A stretch of DNA of 64,000 bases, taken from NCBI GenBank assembly GCA_051294375.1, contig JBJCIZ010000239.1:3051476-3115475 (forward strand). Direction: 5' to 3'. Positions within the stretch are counted from its first letter, which is position 1; every line of letters begins with the position of its first letter. The position numbers were made by a program, and so were the translations under genes. The notes below the pieces were generated by a model. The model searched no databases, was not told the DNA's origin, and worked only from the letters and a program-made list of their open reading frames with translations. This DNA is from Paraspadella gotoi. Its lineage: Eukaryota > Animalia > Chaetognatha. Shown here piece after piece: positions 1 to 14,386 of the stretch.

Positions 1-125
1 GGAGGGGGGGAACTCTTTTTCGAATACGCTTCCCACTTGTCTCTGGCAACGTAAACGATGACCGTTCCGGTCGCGACTGCCGCCGTGGTGATAGCGGCTT
101 GTTTAAAAAGGTCCTTGTAAGACAT
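1..125 (-). CDS. 5' end of an unidentified gene with an N-terminal hydrophobic anchor (runs off the window)
   Basis: ATG at 125 opens MSYKDLFKQAAITTAAVATGTVIVYVARDKWEAYSKKSSPP, open to the window edge. Acceptor-like ATTTTTAG lies 23 nt upstream. Confidence 0.55.
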   Translation of the reverse strand, partial: MSYKDLFKQAAITTAAVATGTVIVYVARDKWEAYSKKSSPP

Positions 126-386
126 TTATGAAGGAAGATTCTATTTTCCTAAAAATCATTCGACGATTTGAGAGAGGAAATTGGGAACAATAACAGTCAT
201 GTATATTACACAAATACATGAATTAAGAACAGTTTGTAAAAAAAAATAGTCGTAGTGTAATAACTAAAAATTAGCTTTAGCAATTATTTTCTTCTGTTGC
301 TAAAACAAAGGCACGTTTTTTTTCCAGCGACATAAATTAAGTAATAAGCGAGAATATATCTCATTTAATAAAAAAAATTAATCGTT

Positions 387-1557
387 TTATGCGGGATCCT
401 CTCGGGTTTGGACGCCCCAAATTTTCGTCGATTCGGGACACCTCGACTTCATTTTGTTAGGATCCCAGGGCGTAGGTCGAGCCACGTAAGAGAAGTAGCT
501 TTTGTTGATTTGAAATCCGCTGCGAAAATGACGAGCGAACTGTTTGAGAACTTGGCCTGACATGATGCCGAAAACGTCGAGGCGATGGAGGTTGTCGCAG
601 TCGGAAAGCGGGAGGAGGATCGAAGGAGGTTGAAGGCCGTAGCACCGCGAAATGCTGCCAGAAAAAGTCGCCAACAAATAATTATAGAAAGTATTTAAAA
701 GCTTACTTTAGTTAGGGGTAGCCGCACTCAATGGGGCGAGTCAAAAATTTAGAGCGAGTACATCCTCAAAGGAAAATTTAGACATTTTAAAGTATACTTT
801 CAATGGACCAAAAAAGTTTTATATTGCTTGTTATTATTATTTTTATTATTATTTTTTTTCATTATTTATTTATAGATAGGAAAGGTTAAAACATTTTTTG
901 AGAAATTTAAAATTTTATGACCAGATTTCGATAGCTCATAAAAAGTTGTCTGCACAAAGTATAATTCTTTTTAAAATATTTTTATGATAAGTAGGTTAAA
1001 AATTTTTTAAAAAAACACTAAAAAATTATCGTCATAATCATCTTTCGATGATTTTATCAGTTTTTTAGATTTTCACTGAGAAAATGTTTCTCTATATAGA
1101 TTATAGTAATATAATAATTTTAATTAGGCGAGTAGCCTCAGAAGAAATCATTTTTGACAAAAAAGTTTTTAATATTTTTAATATTTTTAATCTATGCTCA
1201 TGAGTCATGATATATTTTTTTAACGCTGTATACATTAGCATTTAAATTTCATCGGCTATGGCTACTTTAGTCGCGTCGCAAAAGATTTTCAAAGCATTTT
1301 TTTTCTCCTGAGGAAATGGATTGATCAAGAAGCTCATCTTCGCTTGGATTTTTGGCCTTTTCTTTTCTCTTGACCAATCAGAGAGGAGGCCGTCCCTCAT
1401 GAAACCAACGGGAGAGAGATGAATGAAGAAACGAGTCTTCAACTTACCCCTAAAACTAAATTAAGAAACTAGTATCAAGTTGTTATTCACTATTTTTTGT
1501 ATCTTTAATACTAGTTTTAATCTTCAAAATTTTGTTTAAATATCATTATCTCCTCGT

Positions 1558-1640
<83 letters not shown>

Positions 1641-4600
1641 CAATCCAACGTTACTACGTTGTTATCCTCCTCCTTCTCTTTACCTGGTTATCAATCAATC
1701 AAAATACTTTTTTTTAATTTCTTGTTTTAATAAAATATTTAATACACACATAATAAATAAAAACAATCATGAATCAACAAATCATGTCTTGGGCGACGAC
1801 GATAACAACAACGAATAACACTTCCACATATCAACCTGAGATGCTGCAACTGCGTCAACTTCTCGCAGAGATCGGGGACGGATAAGACTGTGAGAAGGTG
1901 AGAGTCGGAAATGTCAAGAACCTCCAAGGAGGAGCATCGATTTGAGAGACGTTGGAGGTTCCCGTCGTCGAGAGTGTTGCGATTTCCCGAGATGTTGAGC
2001 TGAACGAGAGTCCGCGGTAGACAATCCACGACAAGATTCAGGTCGTCCTTGGCGAATCCCACCCAGGCCAAGTTGAGGTGGGAGAGCGACGAGCAGCTGG
2101 TTTTAAAACAAAAAATAGGAGGCATTACATAATTGAGGGCTACTGAAAGCGTGAGGAAATAGAGGTAAAAATGTATACCATTTCGCGGAGAGTAGAAACG
2201 AGAGAATGAATCGCTAGACAAAATACAAGGGGCAGGAGGAGGAGGAGAAGAAGAATGAAAGAAGAGGAAGAGCAAGGGGAGAATGGGACGGCGAGCTAAA
2301 TCCTCCTCTGACATACAAACTTTAGAAAGGTCTTCTTCATCTACCAGCTAAAAATGTTGACGACGCCTTTGCCCGAGAGTCCGAGACCTTGTCCCGAGCC
2401 ATCGGCGCACGTGGAGAGATTGAGAACTTTCAAATCGAGCATCTTAGAGACGAGTCGGAGCGTCGAGGGAAGAATGACGCATCTCTCGAAACTCAGATGT
2501 GTAACCTAAAAAAGGGGAAAATAGGGAAGCTCAATGTCCTCAAAGCTCAATTTCTTTTTGGTCATTCGAAATTCTGAATATCAATGCTTACTAGAGTGGG
2601 GTGGTTTAATTATTAAGTACAAGAAATGTTTTGTTCTTATTTTGAAGGGATTCAAACAAACTACAATACTTTTGTAAAATAAATTATTGAAATATTTTAT
2701 TTTAAATTTTTATTAAAAATTCAGTTTCCTCAAAAAAGTTAAACTAAAAATATGAAATATGTTAACTAAAATTCTGATGTTTTTAATATCAAAATATCTC
2801 TTTGTAATAGAATCTATTATATAATAAAACGTTTTTGTCATTTTTCGCAGCTTTAACATTAAAATATAACATATTTTAATTTTTTTTAAATTTATTATGA
2901 CAAATCTGAAACTGTCCTTAAAAATTAAAAAAAAATAATTTTGAAATTTTATTAATTTATAAGGATATTATTATAAAGCAAATACAATTACTATTATTGT
3001 TATACGCTCAAAATTTTCATAAAGGGCTTAACTTGTATCATTTTCATATAGAGACGCAGCAAATAAATATTGTAACATGTCTCAATCTTTTCAACGCTCC
3101 ACCCTAATGCTTACCTTAGGAGAGTGAGCAAGGATCTTGTGAAGCAATTCCTGATCATCCACGATAACCATTGAAAGATCAAGATGCTGAACTTTGAAAA
3201 AAACTCCGAAAAGGAGCGAGTGGTCCAGGAAAAGTGGGGAATGAATCTCCGCTTTCATGAGTCGGGCGGATAACACTCCACGGCTGCGGTGGGCGAGAGA
3301 GACTTGTTCACTCTTAAATTGACCCACTCACACGATCACAATCACAATTATTCGGTCTCGCACTGACCTCAACGCGATTCCCAACTGGCCAGGCTTAATG
3401 ATTTTGTCCCCGAGATCGAGCCGATGCCAGAGCGACTCGTCGCAGGCGATACATTGAAACCTTTTGCAAACTCTCATGACTTTGGAGAGCGTCAATTTCG
3501 GCAGCCAGCGGAAAATGTGCAGCACGATCTCGTCGGAGCAGCGATCGAAGGCCGACGGCCAAGAGACAAGGCGAGGGCGTTTACCTCTTTGGATGACTGG
3601 AGTGGAAACGCGTAGCCCGGTTTTGCTGAGAAATGAAAAATTGACCGTGTAACAATATACGTAATAATAACAAAATAAGTAATTCCCTTTCTAGCTTGGA
3701 ATGAAAAACGGGGATAGCTACGTATTTTCAAAAGAGACGAACGAAAAAAGATAAATATACTAATTAATGAGGGCGACAACCTCGAGCTGTCGACTCTCTT
3801 TTCATCATCGACAATCCACGCGTCGTCGACGAAGTCCTTGGCGAAACTCTCGACGGTGCTGGGATTATTGAGGTATCTGCCTTCGGGGCTCCACTGGAAG
3901 AATCGACCCGTCATTTCTTTTTTCACGTCGACCCAAGCGTTGACTCGCAGCGCCTGAAGCGTCCGTTCTCGATCCCTCTTGTCGAGAGCGGCGGGATCGT
4001 CGGTCGAGAAAACCTCTTCTCTTTTCCTCTTCAACTGATTCGCTTGCGGAGAAACACGGTTTGCTCGGGCATCGTCGCGCCGGTCGCGAATCACCGCATC
4101 GTCCAAATTATTGACCGCGTCGCGTTCGTCGTAGAAAGGAAAGACTGAGTCAGCCCCGTCGACGATAGAAGGATCAGTGACGGGCCCCCAGCAATTGGGC
4201 GGAGTGTTCTCGTCGGCTTCGGAGCGACAAGGTTGCGGTTGCGGTTGAGACGAGGAGACGTCTTTTTGATCGGCGAAGACTCCACTCGATCGCTCGCAGC
4301 GCGCGTCGTCTTTTGAAGACGTGATAGTTTCGTTGAGTGGAAAGTGGGAGGAGGCGTTGACGCCGCTCGATCGCAACGTTTCGTTCTCGTCGAGAACGCC
4401 GGAGGCTTCTTCTCTCTCATTCTCCCCGGGGGCGTCGAGGATGGTTCGATCGTTTGTGGACGGGTGGTCGGCGAAAATGGGGGCGCTGAAGGAAGAGGCG
4501 AGGGCGTCGACGACGGGGTCTTCCTCCGTGAGAGCGGAGATACCGTCGATGAAGTTGGAGTAGTCGATCTCTTCGTCCTTGGCGACAATGTCGGACGAGA

Positions 4601-4655
4601 GTTCCGTTTCGGCGGATTCGTGAACGTTCGGTCCCTCCGATTCCGAAGATTCCAT
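387..4655 (-). CDS. SKP2: F-box/LRR protein SKP2 (multi-exon) with a long acidic N-terminal region
   Basis: F-box DEIVLHIFRWLPKLTLSKVMRVCKRFQCIACDESLWHRLDL (~3366-3540). LRR exons at ~1836-2097 (HLNLAW...LNISGNR...LDISDS). C-terminal SRCYG...INKSYFSYVARPT...IWG matches the SKP2 tail. Start Met inferred at 4655. Confidence 0.9.
1559..1640. repeat. (AAT)n microsatellite in a SKP2 intron
   Basis: Perfect trinucleotide run read directly. Confidence 0.95.
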
Positions 4656-5409
4656 TTTCACGAGGAAATTCTTCGAAAGAAGAAATTTAATAATATCGAA
4701 GAAGGGTGAAACTGGCTGGCTTTTAATCACGTGAGTATTGTTTTAAATAGCATGACCTTCAAAACAAATTTACGTATATAGGTGTCATTTGAATAGAGAA
4801 TAAATCTAAATGATTAATAATTAATAAAATAAGAGAATGGCATAACCAAAAATGGTCAGAAACAGTGAACAGTCACTTCGCGACTAGAACGATGAAAATA
4901 GACCGTAAGATTACTAGATTCAAGTCGATCACCGGAGACAGGATAAATATCCATCGACTTCAACATATCCCATCCTGGAAAACATTTAACCTCGGCCCTA
5001 GGGGGAAAAGAGAGAGAGAATGAAGGGATGTTGGCTCGACAGCTGGGAGTGAAGATCGAACCGCCGGCGGGAAACCCGGTTAAACTACAAGTTCGATAAA
5101 AGGGAATGAATCGAGAAAACAAAAGACAATTGTTGAATCTCCTGGAGATTAGATGAATAAACTTCGTCAAAACAAAACAAAATTTCTACAATTTGTCACA
5201 AATTATGGTTGGTAAAAAGTAAATTTTAAAATTATTTCTTCGTTATTATTTCAAGTTAGAAATTTAACTTTCAGCTCATAACGGCGAATAAACAATTAAC
5301 ATGGCTCCACAGACATCAGCGTCGCGTCAAAGTAAAAAAAAAAAGTGAATAGTAAAATTAGTGAAAAAAGAACACCAAATCTCTATCTCTTTCTCTTTCT
5401 CCGCTCGAT

Positions 5410-6199
5410 TCAAGATCCAACGCCGAGCGACTTTTGCACAGACTTGTTGGCGATGGCCTCGAACTGTTCCCTGTCTTCGCGCCACATCTTGGAGGCGTCG
5501 ACGTTGGCCGCGGATTCGTCGTTAGGCTCCGCCAACATCGAGACGACCGAGAGAAGAATCTTCTCCACACTTTGTACGGGACTCCACCTGAAACGAAGGA
5601 AAAAAACCGACGATCTCATTTGGAACCAATACATTAATACATTAATAGAAAGAAATGTATATAATGATGATTTGAAACCTTTCGGCCGAGGTCTCGTATC
5701 CCATGGGGTCTTCGCCTGGAGCGTGGAGTATCGAAATGCAGACGCGTCCGTCGGGGTAGATGTTAGGGTGAAAGACGTCAGACTCGAACCTCATCTTAGG
5801 TGGAGAGAGGGGGTAGTCGTGGGGGAAGGACAATTTGGCCACGAAGACACCGTCCTCCCAACAAGTTCCTTCCGGGCCTGTATGAAGGACAAATGACTGC
5901 AAGTTCCTACGGGCCCCAAAAGACATTGACATTGGAAAATATAATAAGAATTCTTGAGCGACTGAGAAGAATTGAACAGTTCATCGTTGACGAAATAGAC
6001 ACCTGGTACATGACAATGATTTTATAGTGAAGCGAATTTTGCGTAAGATTGTAATTTTTATTCCACGCTTACCGGTAATAAGAGCTTCCCACTCGAAGAA
6101 GTTTTCCTCGTTGACGGGGCCGGCGATGATGCCTTCAGGCGGATTGAGGGTCAATTGTTTGTATTCGGCCATCAAACGCTTTAGCGCGGATCCGGCCAT
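5410..6199 (-). CDS. UBE2G2: Ubiquitin-conjugating enzyme E2 G2 (3 exons)
   Basis: [28 protein letters not shown]...[27 protein letters not shown]...[25 protein letters not shown]; catalytic Cys and the Ubc7-type acidic loop are present. Confidence 0.97.
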
Positions 6200-7432
6200 T
6201 TTTCATTACGGTTCCACCGGCTCGACTCAACTAACATTTACAGTGAAACATCTGGAAATTAAAATATAACAAAAGAAAAACCGCAATTACTTTGTTATAG
6301 GAACGAAGTTAGATACTTGGAGGAGGCGTACAAAGCAACGATGGCTTTGATCGATTTGATCGCCGGGTAATCGCCGCAGAATCGAGTCACTATTAAAGCG
6401 TCAGCCTCTCGCCAAATCAGTTCGCCGAACATCCACAGAGACAGAGATATCAATAAGGCCAAGGCGACCCGGAAAAGGCGTTGACCAGGGATGTCGTGCC
6501 CGAGACGAAGATTCGATCTTTAGCGCAGAAGGACGGGAGGGAGACGTTTCACTGATTACAATTTCGATTAGGATCGCGAGTGTGGAAGTGAAATTTTCTC
6601 AAGGAAGAGAAAAAATGTTTTTTATATGGAGTATGAATTATGAACACGACGAAATTAAGATGGAAAATACGGGGCTTTCATTTCTACCAAAATACGACCT
6701 CTTAATCATCACTAAAGATCCAAATAATAGGTTGCACATCGTTAGCAGCGGAGCGAAGGTCAAACTAACTCGGCAAAACGGGCGGTAGTCCAATAGATCA
6801 CCGATAAATATCCAAAAATAGCTCATTTGTATCCTAATAATATCAACAAATATGGAACAAATGATGCATATTCAAAAGATTAACAGACACCGTCACTCAC
6901 AGCTTTTTTGTCGGGTTCGTGAAGAAATGTACTTGAATATGAGGATGGATTTAATTAGTAAAAAAAAGATTCGTAACTGCGCCTGAAGTTTGCCGATGTC
7001 AGCTCTTTCCTCATTTCCCAATGAAGTTCTGTATTATTTTGCTTCTCGCAGCAAACAAAAACGCCTTTTTACGAGGTCCTTAAAATTTACCTATGATTAA
7101 AGCAAAACAAATGTCTTTATTTTCTCAACGACGACAAAAACCATCAACAATAACAGAAGAGGTTGTCACTTGTTGGTTTGTAAAAATTGAAAAGTTAAAG
7201 AAAAAAACTAATCGTCTACAACTCGAAAAGAATACTAAACTGAACTTTGTTCACAGATTAGACTTTTTTGTGGCACGCTTATTTAAAATTATTAAAAAAT
7301 CAAACCAAACAAGCCACTCCTTAAATTTTTGTTAAAAATTGTTTTCCAATTTTGAAAAAAAGAAAATGCGTCGGACCACTATCATAGTTTCATATCTTTC
7401 GGACGTGGACAACGGTGAGAATGGTGATTGGA

Positions 7433-8556
7433 TCAGGAATGAAGAAAACTTCTGATATTTTCCAGAGTTTTGATGTAAAGCTTGTGTTCGTGCGCGGTGC
7501 TGAAGTCAATTACGCTATTGGCAAACCCACTGAAGGAAATAATATTTAGTAAATTCGAATCTCGAGAAATTAAATAGTATTCAAGATTCATTTAAACATC
7601 AAGACCTGTCGATCCCCCTGTCGTCCAACATGTTCATAAAATGATTGTAAAGATTGTGATCGATGATTCCCGCGCTCGCCACGTATTGGGTCGGGGAATC
7701 GTCGCCTCTTCCATCGTGAATGTAGAACTCCTCGATTTCGTAAATGTCCTGAAAAATAAATAAATAAATAAATAATAAATCGCCAAAATGGGTAAATCGA
7801 GGTTTAAAACTCACCTCGCTTTGCGGATCTTCGACAAAGGAACACAAGAAGGTAAGTACTTGGTTCTTTCGGTTGAGATCGACCTGGTGAGAGAAAACGA
7901 ACAAGTAATCGAAACATGACAGCAAATAATGAAATACTAAACACCTACTAAATAATAATAGTAATAATAATAATAAATAGTACCTGGAATTTTGGCTTCG
8001 ATTTTAAATCCTTGTGCTTTCCATCGTCAATCTCTTCCTCGGGAGTTTCGTCTTCCACGGTATTGTTTATGTTAAACTACGAAAATTAATTTACTTATTT
8101 TAAAAAGGCTCAACCGATCTCACAGTTCTAACACTGTCAACGACCTTCACGTTGACGACTTCTCCGTCGTAATCGCGCGTGAGAGTCACTTCGCTGCCCT
8201 TGATATCCGCGGTAAAGCCGTTGATGCGCGGGAGAGCGGAGTGAACTTGAGCTTCTTGCTCCAGCTTGATCTCTTCGTCCAAGAACCTGGCCAACTCTTG
8301 GTCACCCTGCGTGTTGAACTTGTTCATGGAGGCCGAGCTGAGGAGAGGGTAGTCGTGTATTAGTCGTCGCGAAACGGGCTGCGAAAATTCAGTGAACCTA
8401 CCCGAGAAATAAGGACCGTCTCTGGATATGAGACGCGCATTGTAACAGGCTGATCCTGCCGTAAACAGTCTTAAGTCCCGTTGATTGATGAAAGCGAGTC
8501 GGCACAGCTCGCTTCCCGATTCTTACCACGTCGCGAAAGCCTTTTAACAGCGACAT
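7433..8556 (-). CDS. C1QBP: Mitochondrial acidic protein p32/C1QBP (MAM33 family), multi-exon
   Basis: Basic presequence MSLLKGFRDVVRIGKR, then TQGDQELARFLDEEIKLE, LYNHFMNMLDDRGID and EHKLYIKTLENIRSFL. A ~62-nt intron near 8340-8400 keeps the frame. Confidence 0.9.
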
Positions 8557-8996
8557 TATTCTAAGCGGAGAAATTTAACCTGCAAAACTGAAAATTAAGA
8601 AATGACTTCATTTTAAATAGGAAGGCTGTTAGTCGTGCGTCATTGCATTGAGAAACAAAAAAAGCCAAAAATATGTAAACACTCAAAATCATTAGCTTCT
8701 CGTGGAATATTTTTTTGTCTAATAGATTGCTTCGGCTTTGGCTGACACAACTCAATAGTTGAAAATTAAAGTATTTTTAAATAACTGTACAAATAAAAAA
8801 GCAAGTTCAATTACATTCGTTAACAATATTTCGATGAAATTGTTACAACCAATCTATTTCATTCATTTTCATTCTATTTCATTTCATTCATAATCATACT
8901 ATTTCATTCCGAATTATAGACGAAAGAATTCTTAGAAAAGCGTGCAACCGGCCTATTTACCGGCTGCCAATTCAAATATACTAATCTACGACTGGA

Positions 8997-11514
8997 TCAT
9001 TGATTTCTGGATCTCCGCACTCGATCTTGCACCATTCTCTCGGTATCTTCGTCATCGGAGGTTGGAGCTTTGTTGCTTTGCGTGGCATGAAACACCTGAA
9101 GGGTTAATTTCAATAAAATGAAAAGACCGTGAGACTATTTGGAATCAAATTATTCCAGTCATCACCTCAGCATTTGGGTTGTGATCTTGTTCTTCGTACA
9201 AGAGAACGTTTAGCGTTTCCTCGTATATGCGGGCTTCGGGGAATTCAACCTGGACAAAGGAGAAGCATATGTTTGCGTCACTTTGGACCCCAAAAAATGA
9301 ACGAAAAAATTGTTCACAAAGAGTTAAACTGTTACGTAAAGCTACTTTGAGGTACCGAGCATACCTTCGTTTGCTTCCGCTCGGTTGCATACACTATTGA
9401 CGTGCAACAGACCTCGGCCACTTTATTTTTGTGACCGTAGAAAGACCAGCAGCAAATCTCTTGACTTCCAATTACGTCTTTGATAAACAAAATTCGGTTG
9501 TGGAAGCGCAAACACAGCTTATCGAAGAGTTCGATGTTCTTCAACAAATTGTCATCGGAGGCGCTGGGAAAAAGTAGTCTCGTTAGTTGCAGTTCTCGAA
9601 TGCTGATTCTAGTTACAACAAATAGTATACGAGTATACCTGGTATACGAGTATTTGTTGTTATGCCGATTGCATAAAAGCTTAATAACGGGTTTCTGTGA
9701 AGACGCAAGCAAAGCAGCTTCCTCTTTAGAACTTGTTATCAGCGGTACTCTGGAATCAATGCACTAAATGAAATTCATGATAGGTCGGTGGGCGGATTCT
9801 GCGGATTCTCCTACAATATTTTTCAACATCTTATTACGTACGGCCTTCAATCTCTTTTACACTGCGGCTCTCCTCATGACACCCTCACACACGATTACAA
9901 ACGCACACTTAATGTTTCTCTGCTCCGCGTTGGAGCCTTGATAGGTCCCTATCGAGTTGAAGCCGGACGCCAAGTTCAACAACACGCCGCATCTAATTTA
10001 TATATTTTAAGCGAGGAATAAACAAACTTACCTACAAATGGGCAGAACTTCGTCCTCCTTGAGTCGGAGGGAGGCCTCGACTTGGGCGACTAATTCCGAG
10101 ACTAGAAAGTATTTAGCTTCGGCAAGAAGCTCTTCCAATTCCTGGCGCGGCTCGGGCAGCGGGACGGATCCGTCGCGTAGAAAGTTGAGCACTGTCCCGA
10201 AATGCTTGCTAAAAATAGATATCGGGCAAAATAAATATTTTTAGTTGTCCCGCAAGTACTACTAAGGGGAGAAAAGTTTCGGTTTTATATTTATATTTTA
10301 AATACCCATAACCTGTTCAATAATGAATAAATATGTGAAATTGGTACAGACAATATAAAAATTATCCATTCATTTAATAAATCTTGCCCATGACTTTGGA
10401 CAGGCTATGGTGGGATAAGGTCTCCATCACTCTTACAAAATAATAACAGAAGAGACGAGATAATTTGTTTTATTCAATGAATGGATAAGTTTTATATTCG
10501 TTGTACCAATTGTATATAAATCAGCTCCTTGCTTTTGATGCTAATGCGGAGTACAATATAGTATTCCCCGATCTAACACTTAAGGAAGTGGTCCTTTTAT
10601 ACAATTGAAAGTTTATTGAACATTATACTATTTCATTGATGTGGAGGCAAGGCTCTCTGGGAGTTAATGAACTAGATTGAAAGAGTCTTGATTGAAAGCT
10701 TGAAGAGTCCTGCTAGGTCATTATCTTGTAAAAGGGATGGAGGCCTACCAATAGGCTGACAAAAGTCGGGGGCAAAACAGCTCATTTACTGAATGAATGA
10801 ATATTTATTATATTGTATTGTATTTATATTGTACCAATTTCATAGCAGGATCCTGTCAGCTTTCAATCAAGACTATCTCAACAGTCTAGTTCTCAATGAA
10901 GTGGTATAATGTTTCAAAGAATGTTTCAATTGTATATAATTTATGGGGTGATGTACCATAAAACGCGTGTCTACATGTTTTGAAATTTAAAATTTAAACG
11001 GTCATTTGAACAGAAAGTAAAAGCTTAATAACTCTTAATACCGAATTACTGTACAAAATACTTAGCAGAAAAGTGATGTATTATATATATTATCTATTAT
11101 TATATATAGAAAATATAAACATAAAAAATTATAACAAAAATTTTAATTAAATAGTAAAATTAATTTTGCTATTGTAAACATGCGATTAAGTGAAAATCAT
11201 ATTATGTAAAAAGTAAGTCAGTGCGGCGCAACAACTTTCCTGGTTAATGTTTTTATAAAAAAATTTAATCGGAGAAACTAGATAATTAAAATCGGAGATA
11301 TCGGAGATATTCAACCCGCTCACCCGCTTCTATCGATGAGAATCCAACCCTCGGGATCCGTGAGAACCTCCATGCGGCCGCTGAACATCGCCCTCAGCAT
11401 GTTGTCGTGCTTGGTCAAGGTGCCCATCGTCGTGTAGAACAGAGTTCCCCCCACATTTAGTTTCACGTATTTGGAGCATTGTAGCTTGAGAGCCACAGTC
11501 CGCTCCCCCGACAT
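8997..11514 (-). CDS. KCTD10: BTB/POZ CUL3 adaptor, KCTD10/KCTD13/TNFAIP1 (BACURD) family
   Basis: [69 protein letters not shown]...[36 protein letters not shown]. Confidence 0.95.
10335..10935. mobile_element. Cluster of ~320-bp repeat family copies (direct and inverted) in KCTD10 intron 1
   Basis: Plus copy 10335-10436, minus ~1.2-mer 10459-10843, plus internal fragment 10844-10935; all align by eye to the copy at 57082-57516. Confidence 0.8.
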
Positions 11515-11925
11515 AACGGCGCCGCGGGCCGCTTTTCTTCTGCTTAATGAAGGTTGATCCGGGTAATCGAGGAATCGACCTTGCAAACGTTTGATGGATA
11601 CGGAATAATGGAGAGCGATCGAAGAAATAGGAAATGTTGCCGAGGATTATTATCCACGAAGACGACAGAAAACGATCAACTTGGATCTCTCTCGACTCGG
11701 TACCCGGTGTGTACGTAGGCAAAAGTTGTGTTTCTCTTCTAAGAAAAAAGCTGCAGAATTACACAACATTTACAAAACATAGTAAGCAAGCTTAATGAGC
11801 ATAACTTTAAAATAAAGATATGAACGCTCCTGACGTAGGTTGTAAAACATTACGAAATAATTTGTCAGTGCTTCGGTAAGTCATAATAAATAAAATAATT
11901 TTCGGTATTTTTATTTTTTTTTTGT

Positions 11926-12578
<653 letters not shown>

Positions 12579-14386
12579 CTAATTCCGCCCGAAACACCAA
12601 TGAACGCTTAGCACAAAGATAAATTCGGAAAAAAAAAAAATCAAGGATTCTTTGCTCTTTAGTTTAACATTTATCGAAATTTGACATCGGAAAAAAAATT
12701 TTCGTAACTTTGGTATTGAATTAACATGATAGTATTTGCATCGAGTTTAAAAATTGAAGAAAAAAATATCACAAAATTAAAAAATCTGAGTCATTGTAAA
12801 AATTCAGAGTATTATGTCAAAAAAGCTGACCAAAAATATCAATGATATTATACAAATTCATTAAATTTTCGGTTTGCAATACAAAATTAAGAAAGAAAAT
12901 TAGATCTGCGTTTAAATATTGACTTCGGTGCCATTTAAATAATCTAAGCGAGAGGAAAGTGTTCGTTTCCAGATTATTATTAAGTGAAGCGCGGGAAGAT
13001 TAGAAAATGGAAAAGTTATATTAATTTCTGTGGCGATTCGCCGTTTCTCGCTCAAACTGGAAGTAAGAGGACGAATCCACAATACTTCAAAATTTTTCAA
13101 AATATTTAATTAAATAATTTTATACAAAAATTTTAAATTTTAAAAAGATTTCCTTTTTATAAAATAAATTCAATGATGATTGTACAATGTACATACAGAC
13201 TGAAGTCTGCAATGGTACGACAATATAGGCAATTCGGTGGTCTCAGTGCAATAATTCGCAAGAAATACGTAATATATATTTAAGTGTAAAGAAGAATAAT
13301 AAAAAGCAGTAATGAAAAGGAAGATTCAACGATTAAAAACAAGTCGGCTTATGGAGTAATGAATTATAAAAAGGTCGGAACGGAAGGAGTTTCAGCTCAA
13401 AATATAAAATATAAAGCATACATATAAACAAATTGGCTAATTGAAACAAACAAGCCACTTATCCGGATAAAATTTTTTTAATATGATGAAAAATATGCAT
13501 AAATTTTCTTTTCGTCAATGTAGCAAACTATCGACCCTCGTATTATTAGAAGCAAAACGATGATCATTAGGAGATATTTGATATAAATTATCTCTGCTGG
13601 AAGAGCTCAGGATTTTTTTTAAAATATACTTTTACTTATCAAAGACCAAAATAGTTTGAATGAGCTGAAGATAAATATAGAAAAATTATTACCGATTATT
13701 AAAAAAAAACATATAAAAATAACTTGAAATCAATATTTAACCCGTTTGTGGTTAGTGGTCACGTTTTACGTTTATTACTAATCAGATTTACCGCGCAGTT
13801 TGATATTACGGTCTCTTTATTTTATATCTTATTTTACATCAATGTAATATTTGATTATTTCGACTATCCATCGACTTTTTACACTAATTTTATGTTAAGT
13901 AAATTAATATAAATAAATATAGAATAAAAATATTCATAGCGAACATTATTTCTTGGTATTGAGACTCGGCCCTCTGTTATATCACGTTTAAATTATCAGA
14001 TTCATAGTGAAATTTCGTGAAATGCAAATTCAAGAGTTTGGACGATTAAACAATTACGATAACATCTTTTTTTTTAATTCGGCGAGATTACGTTACCCCC
14101 TAAAAAAAAGATAACGGGTTTATAATTATGCACTCGTTTTCCGGTGCCAAAATCCAGCAAACCGACCACACAAGTTGATAAGAGCAAAGAATCTACCGTC
14201 TAATTTTGCTCAAATATCTACTAATACAATGCGTACCATTGTACATTTAATAGAATCTCGTAGAAAAGGTGAAGCCGTAAACAAATCAAAAACGTAAAAA
14301 AAAAACCACTAATCGCTGGACGTGAACGCAAAACCGCCTCGGGAATGCATTGTGTTATTTTTCATATATATTTAACGAGATGCGTT

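Noticed and set aside
6254-6600. Counting the UBE2G2 acceptor as certainly unpaired
   Set aside because: A possible donor AAA/GTAATT at ~6290 and a GC-rich block upstream could form a cis-spliced 5'UTR exon (39-nt intron), so it was kept only as weak support.
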